Positions 1-11,800 of a DNA stretch of 64,000 bases are shown here, piece after piece. Under the pieces are notes generated by a model. The model ran no database searches, was not told the DNA's origin, and saw only the letters and a list, made by a program, of their open reading frames with translations. Source of the DNA: the human T2T-CHM13v2.0 reference genome, Homo sapiens. The stretch lies in the NCBI RefSeq assembly GCF_009914755.1, contig NC_060929.1; one strand, written 5' to 3'. Each line of letters starts with the position of its first letter. Position 1 is the first letter of the stretch. A program made the position numbers and the translations under genes.

Positions 1-357
1 TCAGCCCTCTTTGAGGCCTTCGTTGGAAAGGGGTTTTTTTCATATAAGGCTAGACAGAAGAATTCCCAGTAACTTCCTTGTGTTGTGTGTGTTCAACTCA
101 CAGAGTTGAACTTTCATTTACACAGAGCAGATTTGAAACACTCTTTTTGTGGAATTTGCAAGTGGAGATTTCAAGCGCTTTGAGGCCAAAGGCAGAAAAG
201 GAAATATCTTCGCATAAAAACTAGACAGAATCATTCTCAGAAACTGCTCTGCGATGTGTGCGTTCAACTCTCAGAGTTTAACTTTTCTTTTCATTCAGCA
301 GTTTGGAAACACTCTGTTTGTAAAGTCTGCACGTGGATATTTTGACCACTTAGAGGC

Positions 358-374
358 CTTCGTTGGAAACGGGT
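358..374 (+). promoter_or_regulatory. CENP-B box variant CTTCGTTGGAAACGGGT followed by a T-run (representative; this form ends dimers C, D and E)
   Basis: Retains all nine core bases of NTTCGNNNNANNCGGGN; only the last, non-core position differs. Confidence 0.93.
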
Positions 375-457
375 TTTTTTCCTGTAAGGCTAGACAGAAG
401 AATTCCCAGTAACTTCCTTGTGTTGTGTACATTCAACTCACAGAGTTGAACGTTCCC

Positions 458-2495
458 TTAGACAGAGCAGATTTGAAACACTCTTTTTGTGCAATTGGGA
501 AGTGGAGATTTCAAGCGCTTTAAGGTCAATGGCAGAAAAGGAAATATCTTCGTTTCAAAACTAGACAGAATCATTCCCAAAAACTGCGTTGTGATGTGTT
601 CGTTCATCTCACAGAGTTTAACCTTTCTTTTCATAGAGCAGTTAGGAAACAGTCTGTTTGTAAATTCTGTAAGTGGATATTCTGACATCTTGTGGCCTTC
701 GTTGGAAACGGGATTTCTTCATATTCTGCTAGACAGAAGAATTCTCAGAATCTTCCTTGTGTTGTGTGTATTCAACTCACAGAGTTGAACGATGGTTTAC
801 ACAGAGCAGATTTGAAACACTCTTTTTGTGGAATTTGCAAGTGGAGATTTCAGCCGCTTTGAGGTCAATGGTAGAAAAGGAAATATCTTCGTATAAAAAC
901 TAGACAGAATGATTCTCAGAAACTTCTTTGTGATGTGTGCGTTCAACTCACAGAGTTTAACCTTTCTTTTCATAGAGCAGTTAGGAAACACTCTGTTTGT
1001 AAACTCTGCAAGTGGATATTCAGACCTCTTTGAGGCCTTCGTTGGAAACGGGATTTCTTCATACTGTGCTAGACAGAAGAATTCTCAGTAACTTCCTTGT
1101 GTTGTGTGTATTCAACTCACAGAGTTGACCGATCCTTTACACAGAGCAGACTTGTAACACTCTTTTTGTGGAATTTGCAAGTGGAGATTTCAGCCGATTT
1201 GAAGTCAAAGGTAGAAAAGGGAATATCTTCCTATAAAAACTAGACAGAATGATTCTCAGAAACTCCTTTGTGATGTGTGCGTTCAACTCACAGAGTTTAA
1301 CCTTTCTTTTCATAGAGCAGTTAGGAAACACTCTGTTTGTAAATTCTGTAAGTGGATATTCTGACATCTTGTGGCCTTCGTTGGAAACGGGATTTCTTCA
1401 TATTCTGCTAGACAGAAGAATTCTCAGAATCTTCCTTGTGTTGTGTGTATTCAACTCACACAGTTGAACGATGGTTTACACAGAGCAGATTTGAAACACT
1501 CTTTTTGTGGAATTTGCAAGTGGAGATTTCAGCCGCTTTAAGGTCAATGGTAGAAAAGGAAATATCTTCGTATAAAAACTAGACAGAATGATTCTCAGAA
1601 ACTTCTTTGTGATGTGTGCGTTCAACTCACAGAGTTTAACCTTTCTTTTCATAGAGCAGTTAGGAAACACTCTGTTTGTAAACTCTGCAAGTGGATATTC
1701 AGACCTCTTTGAGGCCTTCGTTGGAAACGGGATTTCTTCATACTGTGCTAGACAGAAGAATTCTCAGTAACTTCCTTGTGTTGTGTGTATTCAACTCATA
1801 GAGTTGAACGATCCTTTACACAGAGCAGACTTGAAACACTCTTTTTGTGGAATTTGCAAGTGGAGATTTCAGCCGCGTTGAGGTCAATGGTAGAAAAGGA
1901 AATATCTTCGTATAAAAACTAGACAGAATGATTCTCAGAAACTCCTTTGAGATGTGTGTGTTCAACTCACAGAGTTTAACCTTTCTTTTCATAGAGCAGT
2001 TAGGAATCACTCTGTTTGTAAAGTCTGCAAGTGGATATTCAGACCTCTTTGAGGCCTTCGTTGGAAACGGGTTTTTTTCATATAAGGCTAGACAGAAGAA
2101 TTCCCAGTAACTTCCTTGTGTTGTGTGTGTTCAACTCACAGAGTTGAACTTTCATTTACACAGAGCAGATTTGAAACACTCTTTTTGTGGAATTTGCAAG
2201 TGGAGATTTCAAGCGCTTTGAGGCCAAAGGCAGAAAAGGAAATATCTTCGTATAAAAACTAGACAGAATCATTCTCAGAAACTGCTCTGCGATGTGTGCG
2301 TTCAACTCTCAGAGTTTAACTTTTCTTTTCATTCAGCAGTTTGGAAACACTCTGTTTGTAAAGTCTGCACGTGGATATTTTGACCACTTAGAGGCCTTCG
2401 TTGGAAACGGGTTTTTTTCCTGTAAGGCTAGACAGAAGAATTCCCAGTAACTTCCTTGTGTTGTGTACATTCAACTCACAGAGTTGAACGTTCCC
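458..2495 (+). repeat. 12-mer HOR variant (2038 bp): A-B-E/A hybrid-B-C-D4-type
   Basis: Spacing between dimer-A anchors at 458 and 2496; dimer identities read from diagnostic bases. Confidence 0.85.
697..713 (+). promoter_or_regulatory. Canonical CENP-B box CTTCGTTGGAAACGGGA (representative; this form ends dimers A and B)
   Basis: Exact match to the 17-bp CENP-B box. A box recurs every ~340 bp, giving roughly 188 box positions in the window (64000/340). Confidence 0.97.
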
Positions 2496-5400
2496 TTAGA
2501 CAGAGCAGATTTGAAACACTCTTTTTGTGCAATTGGCAAGTGGAGATTTCAAGCGCTTTAAGGTCAATGGCAGAAAAGGAAATATCTTCGTTTCAAAACT
2601 AGACAGAATCATTCCCAAAAACTGCGTTGTGATGTGTTCGTTCATCTCACAGAGTTTAACCTTTCTTTTCATAGAGCAGTTAGGAAACAGTCTGTTTGTA
2701 AATTCTGTAAGTGGATATTCTGACATCTTGTGGCCTTCGTTGGAAACGGGATTTCTTCATATTCTGCTAGACAGAAGAATTCTCAGAATCTTCCTTGTGT
2801 TGTGTGTATTCAACTCACAGAGTTGAACGATGGTTTACACAGAGCAGATTTGAAACACTCTTTTTGTGGAATTTGCAAGTGGAGATTTCAGCCGCTTTGA
2901 GGTCAATGGTAGAAAAGGAAATATCTTCGTATAAAAACTAGACAGAATGATTCTCAGAAACTTCTTTGTGATGTGTGCGTTCAACTCACAGAGTTTAACC
3001 TTTCTTTTCATAGAGCAGTTAGGAAACACTCTGTTTGTAAACTCTGCAAGTGGATATTCAGACCTCTTTGAGGCCTTCGTTGGAAACGGGATTTCTTCAT
3101 ACTGTGCTAGACAGAAGAATTCTCAGTAACTTCCTTGTGTTGTGTGTATTCAACTCACAGAGTTGACCGATCCTTTACACAGAGCAGACTTGTAACACTC
3201 TTTTTGTGGAATTTGCAAGTGGAGATTTCAGCCGCTTTGAAGTCAAAGGTAGAAAAGGGAATATCTTCCTATAAAAACTACACAGAATGATTCTCAGAAA
3301 CTCCTTTGTGATGTGTGCGTTCAACTCACAGAGTTTAACCTTTCTTTTCATAGAGCAGTTAGGAAACACTCTGTTTCTAAAGTCTGCAAGTGGATATTCA
3401 GACCTCTTTGAGGCCTTCGTTGGAAACGGGTTTTTTTCATATAAGGCTAGAGAGAAGAATTCCCAGTAACTTCCTTGTGTTGTGTGTGTTCAACTCACAG
3501 AGTTGAACTTTCATTTACACAGAGCAGATTTGAAACACTCTTTTTGTGGAATTTGCAAGTGGAGATTTCAAGCGCTTTGAGGCCAAAGGCAGAAAAGGAA
3601 ATATCTTCGTATAAAAACTAGACAGAATCATTCTCAGAAACTGCTCTGCGATGTGTGCGTTCAACTCTCAGAGTTTAACTTTTCTTTTCATTCAGCAGTT
3701 TGGAAACACTCTGTTTGTAAAGTCTGCACGTGGATAATTTGACCACTTAGAGGCCTTCGTTGGAAACGGGTTTTTTTCATGTAAGGCTAGACAGAAGAAT
3801 TCTCAGTAACTTCCTTGTGTTGTGTGTATTCAACTCACACAGTTGAACGATCCTTTACACAGAGCAGACTTGTAACACTCTTTTTGTGGAATTTGCAAGT
3901 GGAGATTTCAGCCGCTTTGAAGTCAAATGTAGAAAAGGAAATATCTTCCTATAAAAACTAGACAGAATGATTCTCAGAAACTCCTTTGTGATGTGTGCGT
4001 TCAACTCACAGAGTTTAACCTTTCTTTTCATAGAGCAGTTAGGAAACACTCTGTTTGTAAAGTCTGCAAGTGGATATTGAGACCTCTTTGAGGCCTTCGT
4101 TGGAAACGGGTTTTTTTCATATAAGGCTAGACAGAAGAATTCCCAGTAACTTCCTTGTGTTGTGTGTGTTCAACTCACAGAGTTGAACTTTCATTTACAC
4201 AGAGCAGATTTGAAACACTCTTTTTGTGGAATTTGCAAGTGGAGATTTCAAGCGCTTTGAGGCCAAAGGCAGAAAAGGAAATATCTTCGTATAAAAACTA
4301 GACAGAATCATTCTCAGAAACTGCTCTGTGATGTGTGCGTTCAACTCTCAGAGTTTAACTTTGCTTTTCATTCAGCAGTTTGGAAACACTCTGTTTGTAA
4401 AGTCTGCACGTGGATAATTTGACCACTTAGAGGCCTTCGTTGGAAACGGGTTTTTTTCATGTAAGGCTAGACAGAAGAGTTCTCAGTAACTTCCTTGTGT
4501 TGTGTGTATTCAACTCACACAGTTGAACGATCCTTTACACAGAGCAGACTTGTAACACTCTTTTTGTGGAATTTGCAAGTGGAGATTTCAGCCGCTTTGA
4601 AGTCAAAGTAGAAAAGGAAATATCTTCCTATAAAAACTAGACAGAATGATTCTCAGAAACTCCTTTGTGATGTGTGCGTTCAACTCACAGAGTTTAACCT
4701 TTCTTTTCATAGAGCAGTTAGGAAACACTCTGTTTGTAAAGTCTGCAAGTGGATATTCAGACCTCTTTGAGGCCTTCGTTGGAAACGGGTTTTTTTCATA
4801 TAAGGCTAGACAGAAGAATTCCCAGTAACTTCCTTGTGTTGTGTGTGTTCAACTCACAGAGTTCAACTTTCATTTACACAGAGCAGATTTGAAACACTCT
4901 TTTTGTGGAATTTGCAGGTGGAGATTTCAAGCGCTTTGAGGCCAAAGGCAGAAAAGGAAATATCTTCGTATAAAAACTAGACAGAATCATTCTCAGAAAC
5001 TGCTCTGCGATGTGTGCGTTCAACTCTCAGAGTTTAACTTTGCTTTTCATTCAGCAGTTTGGAAACACTCTGTTAGTAAAGTCTGCACGTGGATAATTTG
5101 ACCACTTAGAGGCCTTCGTTGGAAACGGGTTTTTTTCATGTAAGGCTAGACAGAAGAATTCTCAGTAACTTCCTTGTGTTGTGTGTATTCAACTCACAGA
5201 GTTGAACGATCCTTTACACAGAGCAGACTTGTAACACTCTTTTTGTGGAATTTGCAAGTGGAGATTTCAGCCGCTTTGAAGTCAAAGGTAGAAAAGGAAA
5301 TATCTTCCTATAAAAACTAGACAGAATGATTCTCAGAAACTCCTTTGTGATGTGTGCGTTCAACTCACAGAGTTTAACCTTTCTTTTCATAGAGCAGTTA

Positions 5401-5893
5401 GGAAACACTCTGCTTGTAAAGTCTGCAAGTGGATATTCAGCCCTCTTTGAGGCCTTCGTTGGAAACGGGTTTTTTTCATATAAGGCTAGACAGAAGAATT
5501 CCCAGTAACTTCCTTGTGTTGTGTGTGTTCAACTCACAGAGTTGAACTTTGATTTACACAGAGCAGATTTGAAACACTCTTTTTGTGGAATTTGCAAGTG
5601 GAGATTTCAAGCGCTTTGAGGCCAAAGGCAGAAAAGGAAATATCTTCGCATAAAAACTAGACAGAATCATTCTCAGAAACTGCTCTGCGATGTGTGCGTT
5701 CAACTCTCAGAGTTTAACTTTTCTTTTCATTCAGCAGTTTGGAAACACTCTGTTTGTAAAGTCTGCACGTGGATATTTTGACCACTTAGAGGCCTTCGTT
5801 GGAAACGGGTTTTTTTCCTGTAAGGCTAGACAGAAGAATTCCCAGTAACTTCCTTGTGTTGTGTACATTCAACTCACAGAGTTGAACGTTCCC
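2496..5893 (+). repeat. 20-mer HOR variant (3398 bp) with an E-type dimer in place of C: A-B-(E-D)x4
   Basis: Dimer at 3175 has CTTGTAAC, GAAGTCAAAGG and CTTCCTA, and lacks CCGCGTTG and GGAATCAC. Confidence 0.85.
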
Positions 5894-8800
5894 TTAGACA
5901 GAGCAGATTTGAAACACTCTTTTTGTGCAATTGGCAAGTGGAGATTTCAAGGGCTTTAAGGTCAATGGCAGAAAAGGAAATATCTTCGTTTCAAAACTAG
6001 ACAGAATCATTCCCACAAACTGCGTTGTGATGTGTTCGTTCATCTCACAGAGTTTAACCTTTCTTTTCATAGAGCAGTTAGGAAACACTCTGTTTGTAAA
6101 TTCTGTAAGTGGATATTCTGACATCTTGTGGCCTTCGTTGGAAACGGGATTTCTTCATATTCTGCTAGACAGAAGAATTCTCAGAATCTTCCTTGTGTTG
6201 TGTGTATTCAACTCACTCAGTTGAACGAAGGTTTACACAGAGCAGATTTGAAACACTCTTTTTGTGGAATTTGCAAGTGGAGATTTCAGCCGCTTTAAGG
6301 TCAATGGTAGAAAAGGAAATATCTTCGTATAAAAACTAGACAGAATGATTCTCAGAAACTTCTTTGTGATGTGTGCGTTCAACTCACAGAGTTTAACCTT
6401 TCTTTTCATAGAGCAGTTAGGAAACACTCTGTTTGTAAACTCTGCAAGTGGATATTCAGACCTCTTTGAGGCCTTCGTTGGAAACGGGATTTCTTCATAC
6501 TGTGCTAGACAGAAGAATTCTCAGTAACTTCCTTGTGTTGTGTGTATTCAACTCACAGAGTTGAACGATCCTTTACACAGAGCTGACTTGAAACACTCTT
6601 TTTGTGGAATTTGCAAGTGGAGATTTCAGCCGCGTTGAGGTCAATGGTAGAAAAGGAAATATCTTCGTATAAAAACTAGACAGAATGATTCTCAGAAACT
6701 CCTTTGAGATGTGTGTGTTCAACTCACAGAGTTTAACCTTTCTTTTCATAGAGCAGTTAGGAATCACTCTGTTTGTAAAGTCTGCAAGTGGATATTCAGA
6801 CCTCTTTGAGGCCTTCGTTGGAAACGGGTTTTTTTCATATAAGGCTAGACAGAAGAATTCCCAGTAACTTCCTTGTGTTGTGTGTGTTCAACTCACAGAG
6901 TTGAACTTTCATTTACACAGAGCAGATTTGAAACACTCTTTTTGTGGAATTTGCAAATGGAGATTTCAAGCGCTTTGAGGCCAAAGGCAGAAAAGGAAAT
7001 ATCTTCGTATAAAAACTAGACAGAATCATTCTCAGAAACTGCTCTGCGATGTGTGCGTTCAACTCTCAGAGTTTAACTTTGCTTTTCATTCAGCAGTTTG
7101 GAAACACTCTGTTTGTAAACTCTGCACGTGGATAATTTGACCACTTAGAGGCCTTCGTTGGAAACGGGTTTTTTTCATGTAAGGCTAGACAGAAGAATTC
7201 TCAGTAACTTCCTTGTGTTGTGTGTATTCAACTCACAGAGTTGAACGATCCTTTACACAGAGCAGACTTGTAACACTCTTTTTGTGGAATTTGCAAGTGG
7301 AGATTTCAGCCGCTTTGAAGTCAAAGGTAGAAAAGGAAATATCTTCCTATAAAAACTACACAGAATGATTCTCAGAAACTCCTTTGTGATGTGTGCGTTC
7401 AACTCACAGAGTTTAACCTTTCTTTTCATAGAGGAGTTAGGAAACACTCTGTTTGTAAAGTCTGCAAGTGGATATTCAGACCTCTTTGAGGCCTTCGTTG
7501 GAAACGGGTTTTTTTCATATAAGGCTAGACAGAAGAATTCCCAGTAACTTCCTTGTGTTGTGTGTGTTCAACTCACAGAGTTGAACTTTCATTTACACAG
7601 AGCAGATTTGAAACACTCTTTTTGTGGAATTTGCAAGTGGAGATTTCAAGCGCTTTGAGGCCAAAGGCAGAAAAGGAAATATCTTCGTATAAAAACTAGA
7701 CAGAATCATTCTCAGAAACTGCTCTGTGATGTGTGCGTTCAACTCTCAGAGTTTAACTTTTCTTTTCATTCAGCAGTTTGGAAACACTCTGTTTGTAAAG
7801 TCTGCACGTGGATAATTTGACCACTTAGAGGCCTTCGTTGGAAACGGGTTTTTTTCATGTAAGGCTAGACAGAAGAGTTCTCAGTAACTTCCTTGTGTTG
7901 TGTGTATTCAACTCACACGGTTGAACGATCCTTTACACAGAGCAGACTTGTAACACTCTTTTTGTGGAATTTGCAAGTGGAGATTTCAGCCGCTTTGAAG
8001 TCAAAGTAGAAAAGGAAATATCTTCCTATAAAAACTAGACAGAATGATTCTCAGAAACTCCTTTGTGATGTGTGCGTTCAACTCACAGAGTTTAACCTTT
8101 CTTTTCATAGAGCAGTTAGGAAACACTCTGTTTGTAAAGTCTGCAAGTGGATATTCAGACCTCTTTGAGGCCTTCGTTGGAAACGGGTTTTTTTCATATA
8201 AGGCTAGACAGAAGAATTCCCAGTAACTTCCTTGTGTTGTGTGTGTTCAACTCACAGAGTTGAACTTTCATTTACACAGAGCAGATTTGAAACACTCTTT
8301 TTGTGGAATTTGCAGGTGGAGATTTCAAGCGCTTTGAGGCCAAAGGCAGAAAAGGAAATATCTTCGTATAAAAACTAGACAGAATCATTCTCAGAAACTG
8401 CTCTGCGATGTGTACGTTGAACTCTCAGAGTTTAACTTTTCTTTTCATTCAGCAGTTTGGAAACACTCTGTTTGTAATGTCTGCACGTGGATAATTTGAC
8501 CACTTAGAGGCCTTCGTTGGAAACGGGTTTTTTTCATGTAAGGCTAGACAGAAGAATTCTCAGTAACTTCCTTGTGTTGTGTGTATTCAACTCACAGAGT
8601 TGAACGATCCTTTACACAGAGCAGACTTGTAACACTCTTTTTGTGGAATTTGCAAGTGGAGATTTCAGCCGCTTTGAAGTCAAAGGTAGAAAAGGAAATA
8701 TCTTCCTATAAAAACTAGACAGAATGATTCTCAGAAACTCCTTTGTGATGTGTGCGTTCAACTCACAGAGTTTAACCTTTCTTTTCATAGAGCAGTTAGG

Positions 8801-11800
8801 AAACACTCTGCTTGTAAAGTCTGCAAGTGGATATTCAGCCCTCTTTGAGGCCTTCGTTGGAAACGGGTTTTTTTCATATAAGGCTAGACAGAAGAATTCC
8901 CAGTAACTTCCTTGTGTTGTGTGTGTTCAACTCACAGAGTTGAACTTTGATTTACACAGAGCAGATTTGAAACACTCTTTTTGTGGAATTTGCAAGTGGA
9001 GATTTCAAGCGCTTTGAGGCCAAAGGCAGAAAAGGAAATATCTTCGTATGAAAAATAGACAGAATCATTCTCAGAAACTGCTCTGCGATGTGTGCGTTCA
9101 ACTCTCAGAGTTTAACTTTTCTTTTCATTCAGCAGTTTGGAAACACTCTGTTTGTAAAGTCTGAACGTGGATATTTTGACCACTTAGAGGCCTTCGTTGG
9201 AAACGGGTTTTTTTCCTGTAAGGCTAGACAGAAGAATTCCCAGTAACTTCCTTGTGTTGTGTACATTCAACTCACAGAGTTGAACGTTCCCTTAGACAGA
9301 GCAGATTTGAAACACTCTTTTTGTGCAATTGGCAAGTGGAGATTTCAAGCGCTTTAAGGTCAATGGCAGAAAAGGAAATATCTTCGTTTCAAAACTAGAC
9401 AGAATCATTCCCACAAACTGCGTTGTGATGTGTTCGTTCATCTCACAGAGTTTAACCTTTCTTTTCATAGAGCAGTTAGGAAACACTCTGTTTGTAAATT
9501 CTGTAAGTGGATATTCTGACATCTTGTGGCCTTCGTTTGAAACGGGATTTCTTCATATTCTGCTAGACAGAAGAATTCTCAGAATCTTCCTTGTGTTGTG
9601 TGTATTCAACTCACACAGTTGAACGATGGTTTACACAGAGCAGATTTGAAACACTCTTTTTGTGGAATTTGCAAGTGGAGATTTCAGCCGCTTTGAGGTC
9701 AATGGTAGAAAAGGAAATATCTTCGTATAAAAACTAGACAGAATGATTCTCAGAAACTTCTTTGTGATGTGTGCGTTCAACTCACAGAGTTTAACCTTTC
9801 TTTTCATAGAGCAGTTAGGAAACACTGTTTGTAAACTCTGCAAGTGGATATTCAGACCTCTTTGAGGCCTTCGTTGGAAACGGGATTTCTTCATACTGTG
9901 CTAGACAGAAGAGTTCTCAGTAACTTCCTTGTGTTGTGTGTATTCAACTCACAGAGTTGAACGATCCTTTACACAGAGCTGACTTGAAACACTCTTTTTG
10001 TGGAATTTGCAAGTGGAGATTTCAGCCGCGTTGAGGTCAATGGTAGAAAAGGAAATATCTTCGTATAAAAACTAGACAGAATGATTCTCAGAAACTCCTT
10101 TGAGATGTGTGTGTTCAACTCACAGAGTTTAACCTTTCTTTTCATAGAGCAGTTAGGAATCACTCTGTTTGTAAAGTCTGCAAGTGGATATTCAGACCTC
10201 TTTGAGGCCTTCGTTGGAAACGGGTTTTTTTCATATAAGGCTAGACAGAAGAATTCCCAGTAACTTCCTTGTGTTGTGTGTGTTCAACTCACAGAGTTGA
10301 ACTTTCATTTACACAGAGCAGATTTGAAACACTCTTTTTGTGGAATTTGCAAATGGAGATTTCAAGCGCTTTGAGGCCAAAGGCAGAAAAGGAAATATCT
10401 TCGTATAAAAACTAGACAGAATCATTCTCAGAAACTGCTCTGCGATGTGTGCGTTCAACTCTCAGAGTTTAACTTTGCTTTTCATTCAGCAGTTTGGAAA
10501 CACTCTGTTTGTAAACTCTGCACGTGGATAATTTGACCACTTAGAGGCCTTCGTTGGAAACGGGTTTTTTTCATGTAAGGCTAGACAGAAGAATTCTCAG
10601 TAACTTCCTTGTGTTGTGTGTATTCAACTCACAGAGTTGAACGATCCTTTACACAGAGCAGACTTGTAACACTCTTTTTGTGGAATTTGCAAGTGGAGAT
10701 TTCAGCCGCTTTGAAGTCAAAGGTAGAAAAGGAAATATCTTCCTATAAAAACTACACAGAATGATTCTCAGAAACTCCTTTGTGATGTGTGCGTTCAACT
10801 CACAGAGTTTAACCTTTCTTTTCATAGAGGAGTTAGGAAACACTCTGTTTGTAAAGTCTGCAAGTGGATATTCAGACCTCTTTGAGGCCTTCGTTGGAAA
10901 CGGGTTTTTTTCATATAAGGCTAGACAGAAGAATTCCCAGTAACTTCCTTGTGTTGTGTGTGTTCAACTCACAGAGTTGAACTTTCATTTACACAGAGCA
11001 GATTTGAAACACTCTTTTTGTGGAATTTGCAAGTGGAGATTTCAAGCGCTTTGAGGCCAAAGGCAGAAAAGGAAATATCTTCGTATAAAAACTAGACAGA
11101 ATCATTCTCAGAAACTGCTCTGTGATGTGTGCGTTCAACTCTCAGAGTTTAACTTTTCTTTTCATTCAGCAGTTTGGAAACACTCTGTTTGTAAAGTCTG
11201 CACGTGGATAATTTGACCACTTAGAGGCCTTCGTTGGAAACGGGTTTTTTTCATGTAAGGCTAGACAGAAGAGTTCTCAGTAACTTCCTTGTGTTGTGTG
11301 TATTCAACTCACACGGTTGAACGATCCTTTACACAGAGCAGACTTGTAACACTCTTTTTGTGGAATTTGCAAGTGGAGATTTCAGCCGCTTTGAAGTCAA
11401 AGTAGAAAAGGAAATATCTTCCTATAAAAACTAGACAGAATGATTCTCAGAAACTCCTTTGTGATGTGTGCGTTCAACTCACAGAGTTTAACCTTTCTTT
11501 TCATAGAGCAGTTAGGAAACACTCTGTTTGTAAAGTCTGCAAGTGGATATTCAGACCTCTTTGAGGCCTTCGTTGGAAACGGGTTTTTTTCATATAAGGC
11601 TAGACAGAAGAATTCCCAGTAACTTCCTTGTGTTGTGTGTGTTCAACTCACAGAGTTGAACTTTCATTTACACAGAGCAGATTTGAAACACTCTTTTTGT
11701 GGAATTTGCAGGTGGAGATTTCAAGCGCTTTGAGGCCAAAGGCAGAAAAGGAAATATCTTCGTATAAAAACTAGACAGAATCATTCTCAGAAACTGCTCT

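Noticed and set aside
330-335. CACGTG E-box in D dimers
   Set aside because: A 6-bp motif amplified passively with the repeat; the sequence gives no evidence of transcription-factor use.
371-381. GGG followed by a T7 run, resembling a terminator
   Set aside because: There is no upstream GC hairpin or Pol III gene; it is a fixed feature of these satellite monomers.
9531-9547. CENP-B box variant CTTCGTTTGAAACGGGA
   Set aside because: The change lies in the non-core NNNN positions, so I did not count it as a disrupted box.
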